Source: a bacterium (GTDB lineage: Bacteria > Electryoneota > JAOADG01). Taken from it: DNA of 64,000 nucleotides. How positions within the stretch are numbered: the first letter of the stretch is position 1; the number at the start of each line of letters is the position of its first letter. Below the pieces are notes generated by a model that ran no database searches, was not told the origin of the DNA, and was given only the letters and a program-made list of their open reading frames with translations. Position numbers and translations under genes: made by a program. Positions 1-9,125 of the stretch are shown one piece after another. The stretch spans positions 64,001 through 128,000 of the forward strand of contig OY820579.1 in the NCBI GenBank assembly GCA_963681965.1, in the 5' to 3' direction.

Positions 1-333
1 CTTTTCCGATCCTCATTACTCTTGAAAAATAATCAAAAAAGGGAATTCGGACAAATTTTTCAGGCGAAACAAATGAACCGTTTCGCTTATAGACTTGTTT
101 TCGATACAACTAATTGCGTAATATTGGTTCAATCGGCAAGTTTCTTGTTGTTAAATAATAGTCTGTTATTTATAATCACCAGATTATTCGTGATTCGGTT
201 CACAATAATATTGTACGATCAAAACGAGTTTAGTGCGGTAACGGAAAAGATTTATCGATTTTGTACAAACGGCATTCAACCTAGCTTGATTGCATTACTA
301 TTACTATCGATCGAAATACTCGAAGGGAGGAAG

Positions 334-666
334 ATGAAAATTATCGATACTCCGTTTACGGTACTTGACTGGTCTGAAATCGCAAGCGATTCGATTTCGG
401 GATCAATCGGGATATGCGATTGGCAAACCCTCGAAACAGGCAATGTTCGGATTCGCAAGGTTCGATATCAGCCCGGTTTTCAAGCGGATCATTTCTGCAA
501 ACGCGGACACGTGGCACACGTCCTTTCGGGTGATTTGACGATTGCATTGAACGACGGTACGATTCACTTGCTTCAAGCCGGGATGAGTTTCGTAACAGCC
601 GACGACGAAGCCAACCCACATGCGGTTTCGACAATCAATGGTGCGACGGTGTTTATCGTAGATTAA
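334..666 (+). CDS. DHCW-motif cupin-fold protein
   Basis: MKIIDTPFTVLDW...RKVRYQPGFQADHFCKRGH matches the DHCW cupin family. RBS GGGAGG at 325-330 favours ATG 334 over the track start at 22. Confidence 0.8.
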   Translation: MKIIDTPFTVLDWSEIASDSISGSIGICDWQTLETGNVRIRKVRYQPGFQADHFCKRGHVAHVLSGDLTIALNDGTIHLLQAGMSFVTADDEANPHAVSTINGATVFIVD

Positions 667-678
667 GTTGGCGGTCGA

Positions 679-2922
679 TTAGACTGAAGGAAACTGCCAC
701 TGCAATAGGCGAGATTTATATTCGCGACAGAAGAGTTCCGCTTCCTGTTTCTTACCGTTGAACATCACGGCATGAATCAACCCAATACCAGCGACAAACT
801 CGAGTTCGTAACGCAATTCCTGATTGGTTTCGGTCGTGATGGCGAGTACCAGTCGCAGCAATTTGCTGCCATCGGTTTGTGGAATCAGTTTGTATCCATC
901 ACTTCGAGCCCGCCCACTCCCCGGCAATTCAAGCATCCGCTTCAATTGACTTGCCATCCGGAAACCGTGGACATCGTTTTCCCAAACGTAGTTTCCGAAC
1001 TGCAACGGCAATACCGCAAGTGCCGGACCGAACAGCGATAGCAATCCACTCTTGCCGGAACCAGTGTGATCGGGATCGGCTTCATCCAATGCATCCAAAT
1101 ACCAGTGTCCCGAAGTTTTTACCGCATTCAGAACTTGCTTGCCGTCATCCAATAAAAAGCGTCCGTATAGTCCAGAGCGTATTTTTACGATCACATCGTC
1201 TGTAGTAAATCCGGACGATAACCGGTAATTCCACTCCCCGCCGATAATCGAAAATGGAAAATAATCTTCCAATTTGGTGGGGAATTGAGCAACGAAATCA
1301 GTTATGAGATCGCCCGGTAGCAGCTCTCCCTCAGCCAGATAGTGGGTTTGATTGCCTCGTTTGGCGACGAGACTAGCCCACTTCGCTGACAGCGTTTGCG
1401 CACCGGGATACCAATCCGATTGGAGTTGGACATGGAGATGCGGTTCCGGCGAACGTCCACTGTTTCCGACACGACCGACTTCTTGACCGGCGTTGACATG
1501 CTGTCCGATCGCAACTTTCACGCTGCCATTCTGAAGGTGTGCTAACAAAGAATATTCACCCTTCGAATGATAGATCGAAACGTAGTTTCCGAAGGGATTT
1601 TCGGTATCGACCGTTTGCGGTGGATTGTCGGGAAGATAATTCACGAAAGCAACTACTGTTCCGGCAGCCGGTGCCAGTACCGGTAGTCCGTAACCATAGT
1701 AATCGGTCAAAGAGAGACAAGGATATGAAGCAGATCGTTTATCGCGATCCAGCAACATCAAATCCCAGGCATACTTACCAATTCCATTATGGGTGGGTTG
1801 ACCGTCCACGCTTTGTGTCAGCGTCCATTGTCCGTAGTGCGGCATGCGGAAAGAGGTCAGTGCGTTGCCAGAGGTTCTCCGCCAGCGCCAATATTGCCGA
1901 AGATTACTCTCGGCAGTCCCCACATTCGCCAGTGGATACACATGAATACCCTTTAATATTCCGAGCCGGAAGGGAAAGAGTAGTATTAGAATACCGATCG
2001 CAAAGGGGAAAGCAAGTGGCGGCAGGTCGCTGGGTGCGAGAAAAATCTTCGTTGCAACCGCGAGAACTCCAACCAGCACAGTTCCGAGCAATGCAAAGAA
2101 AATACCGCGCCAATTCGGCAACACAAAAACACCGCACAAAGCTCCAGCCGCGAAAACACAATTGAACGCGGTTAGCGCAGTTTCTTCACTGAATAATTGC
2201 GCATGCACAAAAAGATTAACGAACAGGATTCCGATACCAGCACCGACGACCATCGCAATTGCGGTGATACGGGTTCCGAGCAGGATCCCGGTTAAAATTA
2301 AGAGACCTGCCAGAACACTGGTCTGGAATGATGTTGCACCGATCACCCTAAGAAATAAATTCACCATATCGGGTAATCGCGCAGTTAAATGCTCATTGAG
2401 AGCGAGCAACCACGGAATGTAGTTTTCACTATGTGCCTGACTTATCGGGATCCGCGATTGTGGTACCATCCGCGTCGATAAAAGCCCCACCCAACTAGCC
2501 AACACAAAGGGTAATGCCGTAGCGGACAAACCGTATTGCCAGCCCAACCAACTGGTCAACATAGCACAGAGGACTGCGGCAAAGATCGCAGCAAGTGGTA
2601 CTAAAAAGAGCATCGAAAGGGACGGCGACAGATAGAGCGAAAGCGCCAATCCGGTTAACAAACCCGCCGCTCCAAAAATACCGGCACGGAAGTAAGCACG
2701 GTCGGCGAAATACAACTTTGCAAAGAGATGGGCAGAAAGCGCACCGAGTAAACCGTAAAATCCGTGGTGAAGTTGGAGAAAAGTGGCTGCTAAAAATAGG
2801 AGACCGGTGCGACGGCGACCGGTAAATAGAACGGCTCCATAGGCAGTGAGAAGATCGTTAATCAGCTCGCGCAACACTTGGAGCCGATTAGATTTGAGAA
2901 CGCTGCCGGTTGCATCACTCAA
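679..2922 (-). CDS. Urea-transporter(UT)-fold membrane domain fused to M23 family metallopeptidase
   Basis: About 10 hydrophobic helices with two UT-like repeats (GIFGAAGLLTG..ALPFVL / TAFNCVFA..AFPFAI). M23 motifs follow: THNGIGKYAWD, PVLAPAAGTV, GNYVSIYH, LAHL, GNSGRSPEPHLHVQ. Confidence 0.85.
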   Translation of the reverse strand: MSDATGSVLKSNRLQVLRELINDLLTAYGAVLFTGRRRTGLLFLAATFLQLHHGFYGLLGALSAHLFAKLYFADRAYFRAGIFGAAGLLTGLALSLYLSPSLSMLFLVPLAAIFAAVLCAMLTSWLGWQYGLSATALPFVLASWVGLLSTRMVPQSRIPISQAHSENYIPWLLALNEHLTARLPDMVNLFLRVIGATSFQTSVLAGLLILTGILLGTRITAIAMVVGAGIGILFVNLFVHAQLFSEETALTAFNCVFAAGALCGVFVLPNWRGIFFALLGTVLVGVLAVATKIFLAPSDLPPLAFPFAIGILILLFPFRLGILKGIHVYPLANVGTAESNLRQYWRWRRTSGNALTSFRMPHYGQWTLTQSVDGQPTHNGIGKYAWDLMLLDRDKRSASYPCLSLTDYYGYGLPVLAPAAGTVVAFVNYLPDNPPQTVDTENPFGNYVSIYHSKGEYSLLAHLQNGSVKVAIGQHVNAGQEVGRVGNSGRSPEPHLHVQLQSDWYPGAQTLSAKWASLVAKRGNQTHYLAEGELLPGDLITDFVAQFPTKLEDYFPFSIIGGEWNYRLSSGFTTDDVIVKIRSGLYGRFLLDDGKQVLNAVKTSGHWYLDALDEADPDHTGSGKSGLLSLFGPALAVLPLQFGNYVWENDVHGFRMASQLKRMLELPGSGRARSDGYKLIPQTDGSKLLRLVLAITTETNQELRYELEFVAGIGLIHAVMFNGKKQEAELFCREYKSRLLQWQFPSV

Positions 2923-2934
2923 GGGTAATGTCTT

Positions 2935-3060
2935 TCAATTCACCAACACTGCGCGATATCGTACAGAATTGGATCTTACCTGTGCTATTTCGTCCGCTTC
3001 ATCTTGCCGGAGTAATAATGTTACACTTGGTTCTTGAGCGGTTTGGACAGCAAATTTCAT
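2935..3060 (-). CDS. Unannotated 41-aa ORF inside the operon (candidate precursor/accessory peptide)
   Basis: Hand translation gives MKFAVQTAQEPSVTLLLRQDEADEIAQVRSNSVRYRAVLVN*. It starts 7 nt after the decarboxylase stop and ends 12 nt before the next start. RBS is weak. Confidence 0.45.
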   Translation of the reverse strand: MKFAVQTAQEPSVTLLLRQDEADEIAQVRSNSVRYRAVLVN

Positions 3061-3067
3061 CTCGTAC

Positions 3068-4450
3068 TCACTTTCGGAGATGTTCCGGTAGTTGATCGAG
3101 TTGCTTCCAATATTCGACAGTTTCCGCTTTGCGAACGATGTGTGTCTCGCCTTGTTCGTCGATTAAAATTACTGGCGGTCGTGTATGAATAAACTGCGTC
3201 GACTGGGTAAAATTGTATGCCCCGATGTTGCGGACGACTAAATGATCGCCGGTACGCATCTGCGGTAATGAGGTATCGTGACTCAACACGTCGATGTTCA
3301 TGCACAGATTTCCGAGGATCGTGGTTCCCTCGGTCATGACGCCGGTTTCCGCCGAAGCCCGCATATCGTACTTATACCAGTAAACATTCGAGAGCAAATT
3401 GATGCCGGCATCGACTACGATCGCTTTCCGATCGCCACTTAACCGCCGTTGACTGACGACAGTGGTAACCATGTGCATCGACTCGTCCACCATCGCTCGA
3501 CCGTGTTCGAACATTAACAGTGGCAACTCGTCGGTAGAGAACGGACCTTGCAATAGTATCGGACAAATTGCTTCGGCATACATATTGAAATCCGGGCAGG
3601 ACTGCTCACCCGGCAACCAAGCGGAATGGAGCGTATTTTTCGATGCAAAGCCACCGCCGAGATCCCAGTATTTGAGCTTTATATCAAAATCGTTGCGAAG
3701 CAGAGTGGCTAACTCGACGATCTTCGTTGCTTGCTGCGAATACATATTGACATCGTCGATGTAGGTTCCAATGTGACAGTGAATACCGACTAATTCGAGA
3801 TGCTGACTATCGACGATTCGCTTTGCGACGGTATAAGCATCGCCGCTTTCGTATTGGAATCCAAAACGCGACCACGGTGGATAGTTCAATTCCAGTGCGA
3901 TACGGATTCCAACTTCGACTTTTCGATTCAATTCGCGCGCAACTTCTTCCATCAAGTAATATTCATCGAAACTATCCAAATTGATAATTGCGCCATCTTC
4001 GACTGCTCGCGTCAAATCCTGACGCGATTTATCGGGACCATTGAAAACGATTTGATTTCCGGGAATTCCGTTTCGTCGAGCCATCTCGTATTCGGTACCC
4101 GAAACGACTTCCGCCCATGCCCCTTCGCTATGCAATGTCATCGTAACGGCATCGAGGTAATTCGTTTTATAACTGTATGCGAGTTGTACTCGAGGATATC
4201 GCGGACCGAAGGCTTGCATCAACATCCGGTAGCGACGCCGGAGCGACGATTCCGAAATCACATACAGCGGCGAACCGTACTTCTTGACCAATTTTGCAAC
4301 CGAGACGCTATCGATCGAACTGTAAGGATAGGCAGAGTGGGGACGACCGTATTTGTTGGTCAATCCGACCACATTGCGAATAATTGTCGGCTTTTCCCAA
4401 AACTCTTTACGAATGGAATCGCCTTCATTCGGGGTAAATTGTCCCGTCAT
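3068..4450 (-). CDS. PLP-dependent group IV (LysA/Orn-DAP-Arg fold) decarboxylase-like protein
   Basis: YSYKTN (PLP lysine), EVVSGTE, FNGPDK, SRFG, HCHIGT, DLGGGF, EHGR, GNLCMNID, GAYN. Confidence 0.85.
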   Translation of the reverse strand: MTGQFTPNEGDSIRKEFWEKPTIIRNVVGLTNKYGRPHSAYPYSSIDSVSVAKLVKKYGSPLYVISESSLRRRYRMLMQAFGPRYPRVQLAYSYKTNYLDAVTMTLHSEGAWAEVVSGTEYEMARRNGIPGNQIVFNGPDKSRQDLTRAVEDGAIINLDSFDEYYLMEEVARELNRKVEVGIRIALELNYPPWSRFGFQYESGDAYTVAKRIVDSQHLELVGIHCHIGTYIDDVNMYSQQATKIVELATLLRNDFDIKLKYWDLGGGFASKNTLHSAWLPGEQSCPDFNMYAEAICPILLQGPFSTDELPLLMFEHGRAMVDESMHMVTTVVSQRRLSGDRKAIVVDAGINLLSNVYWYKYDMRASAETGVMTEGTTILGNLCMNIDVLSHDTSLPQMRTGDHLVVRNIGAYNFTQSTQFIHTRPPVILIDEQGETHIVRKAETVEYWKQLDQLPEHLRK

Positions 4451-4452
4451 TA

Positions 4453-5559
4453 TTACTCCTTTTCTCCATGTCCAGCACGATCGTCTCGATAAACGACTTC
4501 ACCATGCACAATCAGTCCTTCCAACGCATCCAATTCACAAATAATATCGACTGCATGTCGAGCGAAAGTCACGCCACTACGATAGTTCGGCAACACTCCG
4601 GGATCTTGTCCCAGTGCCAATTGTAGGTTTGCATACGGTAGATTCTGCCCTGATCCGGTCGTAAGATAGCACCACGATGGAAACCGGGGATTGATTTCAA
4701 TCAGGTAAAACATCCCGCTCTGTTCGTGTCGCATCAATTCCAATTCACAGGGACCGCGCCATTGCAAAGCTTCGATGACTCGTCGCGACAGTTCCAAGAG
4801 TTCGTTATCGCGAATCGTAATCCCTGCCCACGCTTTGCCTTTTTCCGTCAACCGCAGTTTACGCATCGGTACTGCGCCGATTAAATTCCCTTTGCCATCG
4901 CCAACGGCGCAGACATTGTATTCCTCACCGGGAATCATGTTCTGCACCATGATCGGAATACCCCATTTGGCGCGAAGTTTTTCAAAATAGATCACCGCTT
5001 CCGACCAGGAATGCGCAATATATGCTTCGTAGAACACCCCTTTGATTACCGCCGGAAATCCTGTCCGGGCAATGGCTCGATCGAGCGACGGTAGGTCGGT
5101 AACGGTTTCAGTGATTGGAACCGGTAGGTCGTTTTTCGAACAAAACTCGACTAATCGTGCTTTGGAACGCATTCGCAACGATTTCAGATCGGGAATAAAA
5201 GTACCGATCCCCATCGTAGTAAGATCGTCGCGGATCGAATTATACAGATCGAGTTCGGAATCAAGATTGGGGATGATCGCATCAAGTTTCACGCGCGAGT
5301 TGATATAGTGAATTCGATCAAGCGTAACTTCGGCACCCGTGTTGGGATAAGGGATGAGATAAACCTGATCGACGATATCTTTATCGAAGCTTCCAGTATC
5401 ATAGGTGTCGTAAGTCAGACCAATAATCAAGCCATCGTACCCGCCTTGACGAATCGATTTCGCCACAGCGATTCCGGGGGCAGGATTATCGGTCGCTTGT
5501 AATCCGGTGATTGCCACAGCTTTCGGACGAGATGCACTGTAACTATCGCTTTTTATCAT
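4453..5559 (-). CDS. ATP-grasp carboxylate-amine ligase family protein
   Basis: GFPAVIKG, VQNMIPGEEYNV, ELELM, FYLIEINPRF. RBS GAGGA precedes ATG 5559. Confidence 0.85.
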   Translation of the reverse strand: MIKSDSYSASRPKAVAITGLQATDNPAPGIAVAKSIRQGGYDGLIIGLTYDTYDTGSFDKDIVDQVYLIPYPNTGAEVTLDRIHYINSRVKLDAIIPNLDSELDLYNSIRDDLTTMGIGTFIPDLKSLRMRSKARLVEFCSKNDLPVPITETVTDLPSLDRAIARTGFPAVIKGVFYEAYIAHSWSEAVIYFEKLRAKWGIPIMVQNMIPGEEYNVCAVGDGKGNLIGAVPMRKLRLTEKGKAWAGITIRDNELLELSRRVIEALQWRGPCELELMRHEQSGMFYLIEINPRFPSWCYLTTGSGQNLPYANLQLALGQDPGVLPNYRSGVTFARHAVDIICELDALEGLIVHGEVVYRDDRAGHGEKE

Positions 5560-5649
5560 CAGATGCTTCCTCTGCACAATAATCCCGAGCATCGCTTCCG
5601 ATCGAAATTCGGATCACACCGTCGTGAATATCGGCTCTTAAACATTCTA

Positions 5650-5886
5650 TTACAGTAAAGAGAATTTCTTAATTTGTGTCACGAATTGTTCGATATCGAA
5701 GCGTGCTTCACGCTCGTCGACTTCGAACTTATTCATCACATCCCGAAGGATTGAATTCGGTTCTTTCTCAGCCAGCAATTGCTGCATGATATAAGTTCCG
5801 GAATTGTTGAGTGTATAGGTAATGCCGGTAGCATGGTCGAATAAAAACCCGCTTTCGGTCAAGGTAATGCGGTCATTGAGGGGCAT
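5650..5886 (-). CDS. Stand-alone PqqD-family / RiPP recognition element (RRE)-like protein
   Basis: 78 aa; GFLFDHATGITYTLNNSGTYIMQQL..ILRDVMNKFEVDEREARFDIEQFVTQI fits the three-strand, three-helix PqqD pattern. Purine-rich GGGACGGAGA precedes ATG 5886. Confidence 0.8.
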   Translation of the reverse strand: MPLNDRITLTESGFLFDHATGITYTLNNSGTYIMQQLLAEKEPNSILRDVMNKFEVDEREARFDIEQFVTQIKKFSLL

Positions 5887-5935
5887 TCTCCGTCCCATCC
5901 AATCAAGCGAGATTTTCCAATCTCGACATTCTTCG

Positions 5936-5970
5936 ATACAACGGGTACGGCGGTAATACGTTGATTGCAA
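5936..5970 (-). promoter_or_regulatory. Candidate ECF-sigma promoter for the RRE operon
   Basis: Minus strand TGCAATCAAC-N16-CGTTGTAT, i.e. the AAC-N16-CGT pattern typical of ECF promoters, about 55 nt upstream of the PqqD-like start. Confidence 0.45.
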
Positions 5971-5997
5971 ACAATCCAGTAAGATCGACGACCCGAC

Positions 5998-6213
5998 TTA
6001 AAATATCGCCAGCAGTCTCGACCAATCGACATTTAATCCAAGCAAAGCGCGCTTTTCAGCCAATTGTGCCGTTTCACCATAACCTTCGCGTACGGAACCA
6101 TTGCTCAACGTAACGAAGCTGCGATACTGCTTTCCAAAAACTTCCGTTATCATCGAAATCACGATAACGCGTTCGATTTCTTTTTCCATGGTAACCCTCA
6201 ACGGACTGCTCAT
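5998..6213 (-). CDS. Small hypothetical protein (start uncertain: 6291, 6213 or 6189)
   Basis: ORF between the ECF sigma and the PqqD-like gene. RBS-like GGAG and GAGGG precede ATG 6213 and ATG 6189. Confidence 0.5.
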   Translation of the reverse strand: MSSPLRVTMEKEIERVIVISMITEVFGKQYRSFVTLSNGSVREGYGETAQLAEKRALLGLNVDWSRLLAIF

Positions 6214-6304
6214 TCTTTGCTCCAAGGTCACAGATAGGTATTTATCCGCTCGAGAGACAATACGATTGAAATTACGGTTTAAAACTCCCAAATCAACATC
6301 ATAA

Positions 6305-6865
6305 CTATTCTTCGATCATCGTCTTTAGTCTCGCTACCGCAAAGCTGAAATTCGCCTTCACGGAACCGACGGTTTTCCCGGTCAAACTCGCGATTTCCTG
6401 ATTGGAAAGTTCTTCTTCATGTCGCATAATAAATACCGAACGCTGTTTCGGCGACAATTTCTCCAATGCAGCCTTTAATTGAGCTTTTCGCTCTTTGAGC
6501 ATCACGATCTCATCGGGAATCGGATTATCACTCGGAACGTTCTGGAAAAGATCTTCGTCCTCGCCCCATTCGTCAGTGTTACGAAACACCGCCCACATTT
6601 TCCGACGCCGCATATGGTTCAGCGAAAGATTGTAGACAATCCTAAATACCCAGGATGAGAACGCACATTCGCTTCGAAACCGCGGCAGCTCTTCCCATGC
6701 TTTCAGAAAAGAATCCTGCACCACATCTTCCGCTTCCTGACGATTGCGTAGCAACCGGGTAGCGAGGATCAATGCGCGTTCGCGATGTGCAACCACCAAC
6801 CGATTGAAGGATTGCGTGTCGCCCGACACCGATGCGAGGATTAGTTCTGTTTCGTTCCGATTCAT
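6305..6865 (-). CDS. ECF RNA polymerase sigma-70 factor
   Basis: EAEDVVQDSFLKAW, FSSWVFRIVYN (region 2); LSPKQRSVFIMR..SNQEIA..GSVK (region 4). Confidence 0.93.
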   Translation of the reverse strand: MNRNETELILASVSGDTQSFNRLVVAHRERALILATRLLRNRQEAEDVVQDSFLKAWEELPRFRSECAFSSWVFRIVYNLSLNHMRRRKMWAVFRNTDEWGEDEDLFQNVPSDNPIPDEIVMLKERKAQLKAALEKLSPKQRSVFIMRHEEELSNQEIASLTGKTVGSVKANFSFAVARLKTMIEE

Positions 6866-6879
6866 CGGTGAATATAAAG

Positions 6880-6896
6880 AGCAACTAATGTGCCAA
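6880..6896 (-). promoter_or_regulatory. Sigma-54 (-24/-12) promoter
   Basis: Minus strand TTGGCAC-ATTAG-TTGCT matches the TGGCAC-N5-TTGC consensus exactly. It lies directly upstream of the ECF sigma and downstream of a sigma54 activator gene. Confidence 0.85.
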
Positions 6897-7026
6897 TAAT
6901 CTTATGTTATTGTTTAATCACGCATTAGATATAAATCAATTACATATTTACGCAGTCTTCGACTTTTTCTACGAGAAATTGAGCTTTCAATCACGAGATA
7001 ACCGATTAGAAATACTCATTTCACCG

Positions 7027-8154
7027 CTAATCTTGACGCTTATTCCACTTTTGCAATCGATCGCGGATATTTTTCTCAGATATTCCCAGTCTTCTGGCGG
7101 CTTCACTCCGATTGCCATTGGAATCGACTAGCGCTTGCTCGATTAACTTGCGTTCGTACTCTTCCACCAACTCGAACAGATTTTTCGATGGTTCGAAAGG
7201 ATCGGGATTCGATTGCGATTTCCTCTCACTTTCGTCAATTTCAGCCCGATCAGGTTCAATTCGATCAGGAGCATTCACTGAAAGTGTAGTGTTTACCGTT
7301 TCACTTGGTTGATTAAATAGGACCTGATTCTCATCATTATTCTTAATTTCAGACGCTGAAACCGGGAGAATGACCGTTTTTTCGACCGAACCGGAAAATT
7401 GAGGCGGTAAATCCTCTTCATCAATTAAATTTTTTGTCGCTAGAATGACAGCATGCTCGATCGCGTTCTCTAATTCGCGGACATTTCCGGGCCAATCATA
7501 CCGCAAAATTCGCTGCCAAGCTGCCGGAGTCAATCCACGAATTGATTTCTCATTGCGTGTGTTGATGGTTCTGACAAAGAAATCAGTAAGGGGTCGGATG
7601 TCTCGTCTTCGAAATCTAAGTGGTGGAATTTTAATAACTACCACATTCAAACGATAAAAAAGATCCTCTCGGAAAGAACCTTCTCGAACCATTTCCGCCA
7701 AGTTGCGATGCGTAGCCGTAACAATCCGAACATCGACGTTGATCTCTTGCCGACCACCGACCCGATAAAAAGAGTGATCTTGCAGGAATCGGAGAAGTTT
7801 TACCTGAGTATTGGCAGGTAAATCGCCAATTTCATCAATAAACAGTGTCCCTTGGTGAGTTTCTTCGATGAGACCCTTGCGATCATGATCGGCGCCGGTA
7901 AAAGCACCTTTATCGTACCCGAAAAGTTCCGATTCCAACAAGGCTTCGGGGAGAGCGGCACAATTCACTGCGGTAAAAGGACATTTCGCTCGAAATGAAG
8001 AGGAGTGCAAGAGACGAGCAATTAATTCTTTGCCAGTTCCCGATTCACCTTGAATGAGAACGGTCGCAACAGTCGGAGCGACACGTTTGGCAATATTCAC
8101 GACCGATTCAAATTCACCGGATTCGTAAATAATATTTTTTTGCCAATCGCTCAT
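7027..8154 (-). CDS. Sigma-54-dependent activator (AAA+ plus Fis HTH) lacking an N-terminal sensory domain
   Basis: [49 protein letters not shown]-terminal [13 protein letters not shown]. Walker A is about 36 aa from the N-terminus. Confidence 0.95.
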   Translation of the reverse strand: MSDWQKNIIYESGEFESVVNIAKRVAPTVATVLIQGESGTGKELIARLLHSSSFRAKCPFTAVNCAALPEALLESELFGYDKGAFTGADHDRKGLIEETHQGTLFIDEIGDLPANTQVKLLRFLQDHSFYRVGGRQEINVDVRIVTATHRNLAEMVREGSFREDLFYRLNVVVIKIPPLRFRRRDIRPLTDFFVRTINTRNEKSIRGLTPAAWQRILRYDWPGNVRELENAIEHAVILATKNLIDEEDLPPQFSGSVEKTVILPVSASEIKNNDENQVLFNQPSETVNTTLSVNAPDRIEPDRAEIDESERKSQSNPDPFEPSKNLFELVEEYERKLIEQALVDSNGNRSEAARRLGISEKNIRDRLQKWNKRQD

Positions 8155-8251
8155 CTTGAATTCAATCTCAAATCTTTCAGCACCTTACACCATTCGTAGA
8201 TTTCGTCGAGATAAGATACTGAGAGCAGCGATTGCAATCCAAGAGTAAAAA

Positions 8252-9049
8252 TTAATTTCTCTTATTCGAGGTGATTCCTATCATTCGGAACAGTTCCCAA
8301 GCGATTTCTTTGGCTTTTTGTCCATAGGCATGATCAGGTGCCCTAATTGTAAATGCAAATACATAAATTTTAGTATCTTGCTCGATCCATCCAACATATC
8401 GACCCATCACCGATTTTCCATCGATCATTTGCGAGCCGGTTTTCCCGTGAAGGATATATGAATTCGTCGAGTCTTGGATCGTGATTGCTTTAACGATGTC
8501 AGTTGAGCGCTTGGAAAATGGGAGTTGATTTCGTGTTAACTCGGTGAGAAATTCGATTTGTTGCCAATCGGAGATCAGTATAGAACCCTTCGATAGCCAG
8601 AAGCGATCAATTCCTGCCGAAATATCGCGGTTTCCATAATGAATTGTATCAAGATATGCCTGCATTCGTGTTTTACCGATGCGGCGAGCTAATTCTTGAT
8701 AGAACCAAACTACCGAATTTTGAATTGCTGTCCGCAGACAATGGTCGTGATTCCAAGAAGTTATGTTATCGGAAACGCCATTCCACTTGATAATTTCTTC
8801 GGGATCGGCAATTGCTCCCGCTTCGAGTGCAAAGATTGAATTGGGGATTTTGAAAGTTGAACAAGGTAGATGGGGTATCGAGCAGCCGGATGCATTCAAC
8901 ACCAGTGTATCGCCGGATGTCAGCTCGACAATCGCACCAGAGGCAGTATAACCATTGAAAAGAGTATCGGTTTTCAGCTCCGAGACCGCATAAACCGAAG
9001 AGGAAATTACGAATAAAAGTCCAATCGAACTGATAAGCAATCGATTCAT
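8252..9049 (-). CDS. Class D (OXA/BlaR-like) serine beta-lactamase family protein
   Basis: Signal peptide; STFK, SVVW, YGN, FWL and KTG motifs. Confidence 0.88.
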   Translation of the reverse strand: MNRLLISSIGLLFVISSSVYAVSELKTDTLFNGYTASGAIVELTSGDTLVLNASGCSIPHLPCSTFKIPNSIFALEAGAIADPEEIIKWNGVSDNITSWNHDHCLRTAIQNSVVWFYQELARRIGKTRMQAYLDTIHYGNRDISAGIDRFWLSKGSILISDWQQIEFLTELTRNQLPFSKRSTDIVKAITIQDSTNSYILHGKTGSQMIDGKSVMGRYVGWIEQDTKIYVFAFTIRAPDHAYGQKAKEIAWELFRMIGITSNKRN

Positions 9050-9125
9050 GGCTATTCTCAGCAGTTTGGTGGATCGAATTAGATTCGAATAGAAGAGTGA
9101 ATCATGAATCAGAAGGCGAACGTGA

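Noticed and set aside
22-333. N-terminal extension of the cupin ORF
   Set aside because: AT-rich promoter-like DNA; the RBS and family similarity begin at 334.
3068-4450. Housekeeping lysA
   Set aside because: The fold matches, but motifs deviate (EHGR, CMNID instead of CES/TxD) and the context is a specialised operon; gene symbol withheld.
5650-5886. PQQ biosynthesis operon
   Set aside because: No pqqA, B, C or E; only a PqqD-like domain is present.
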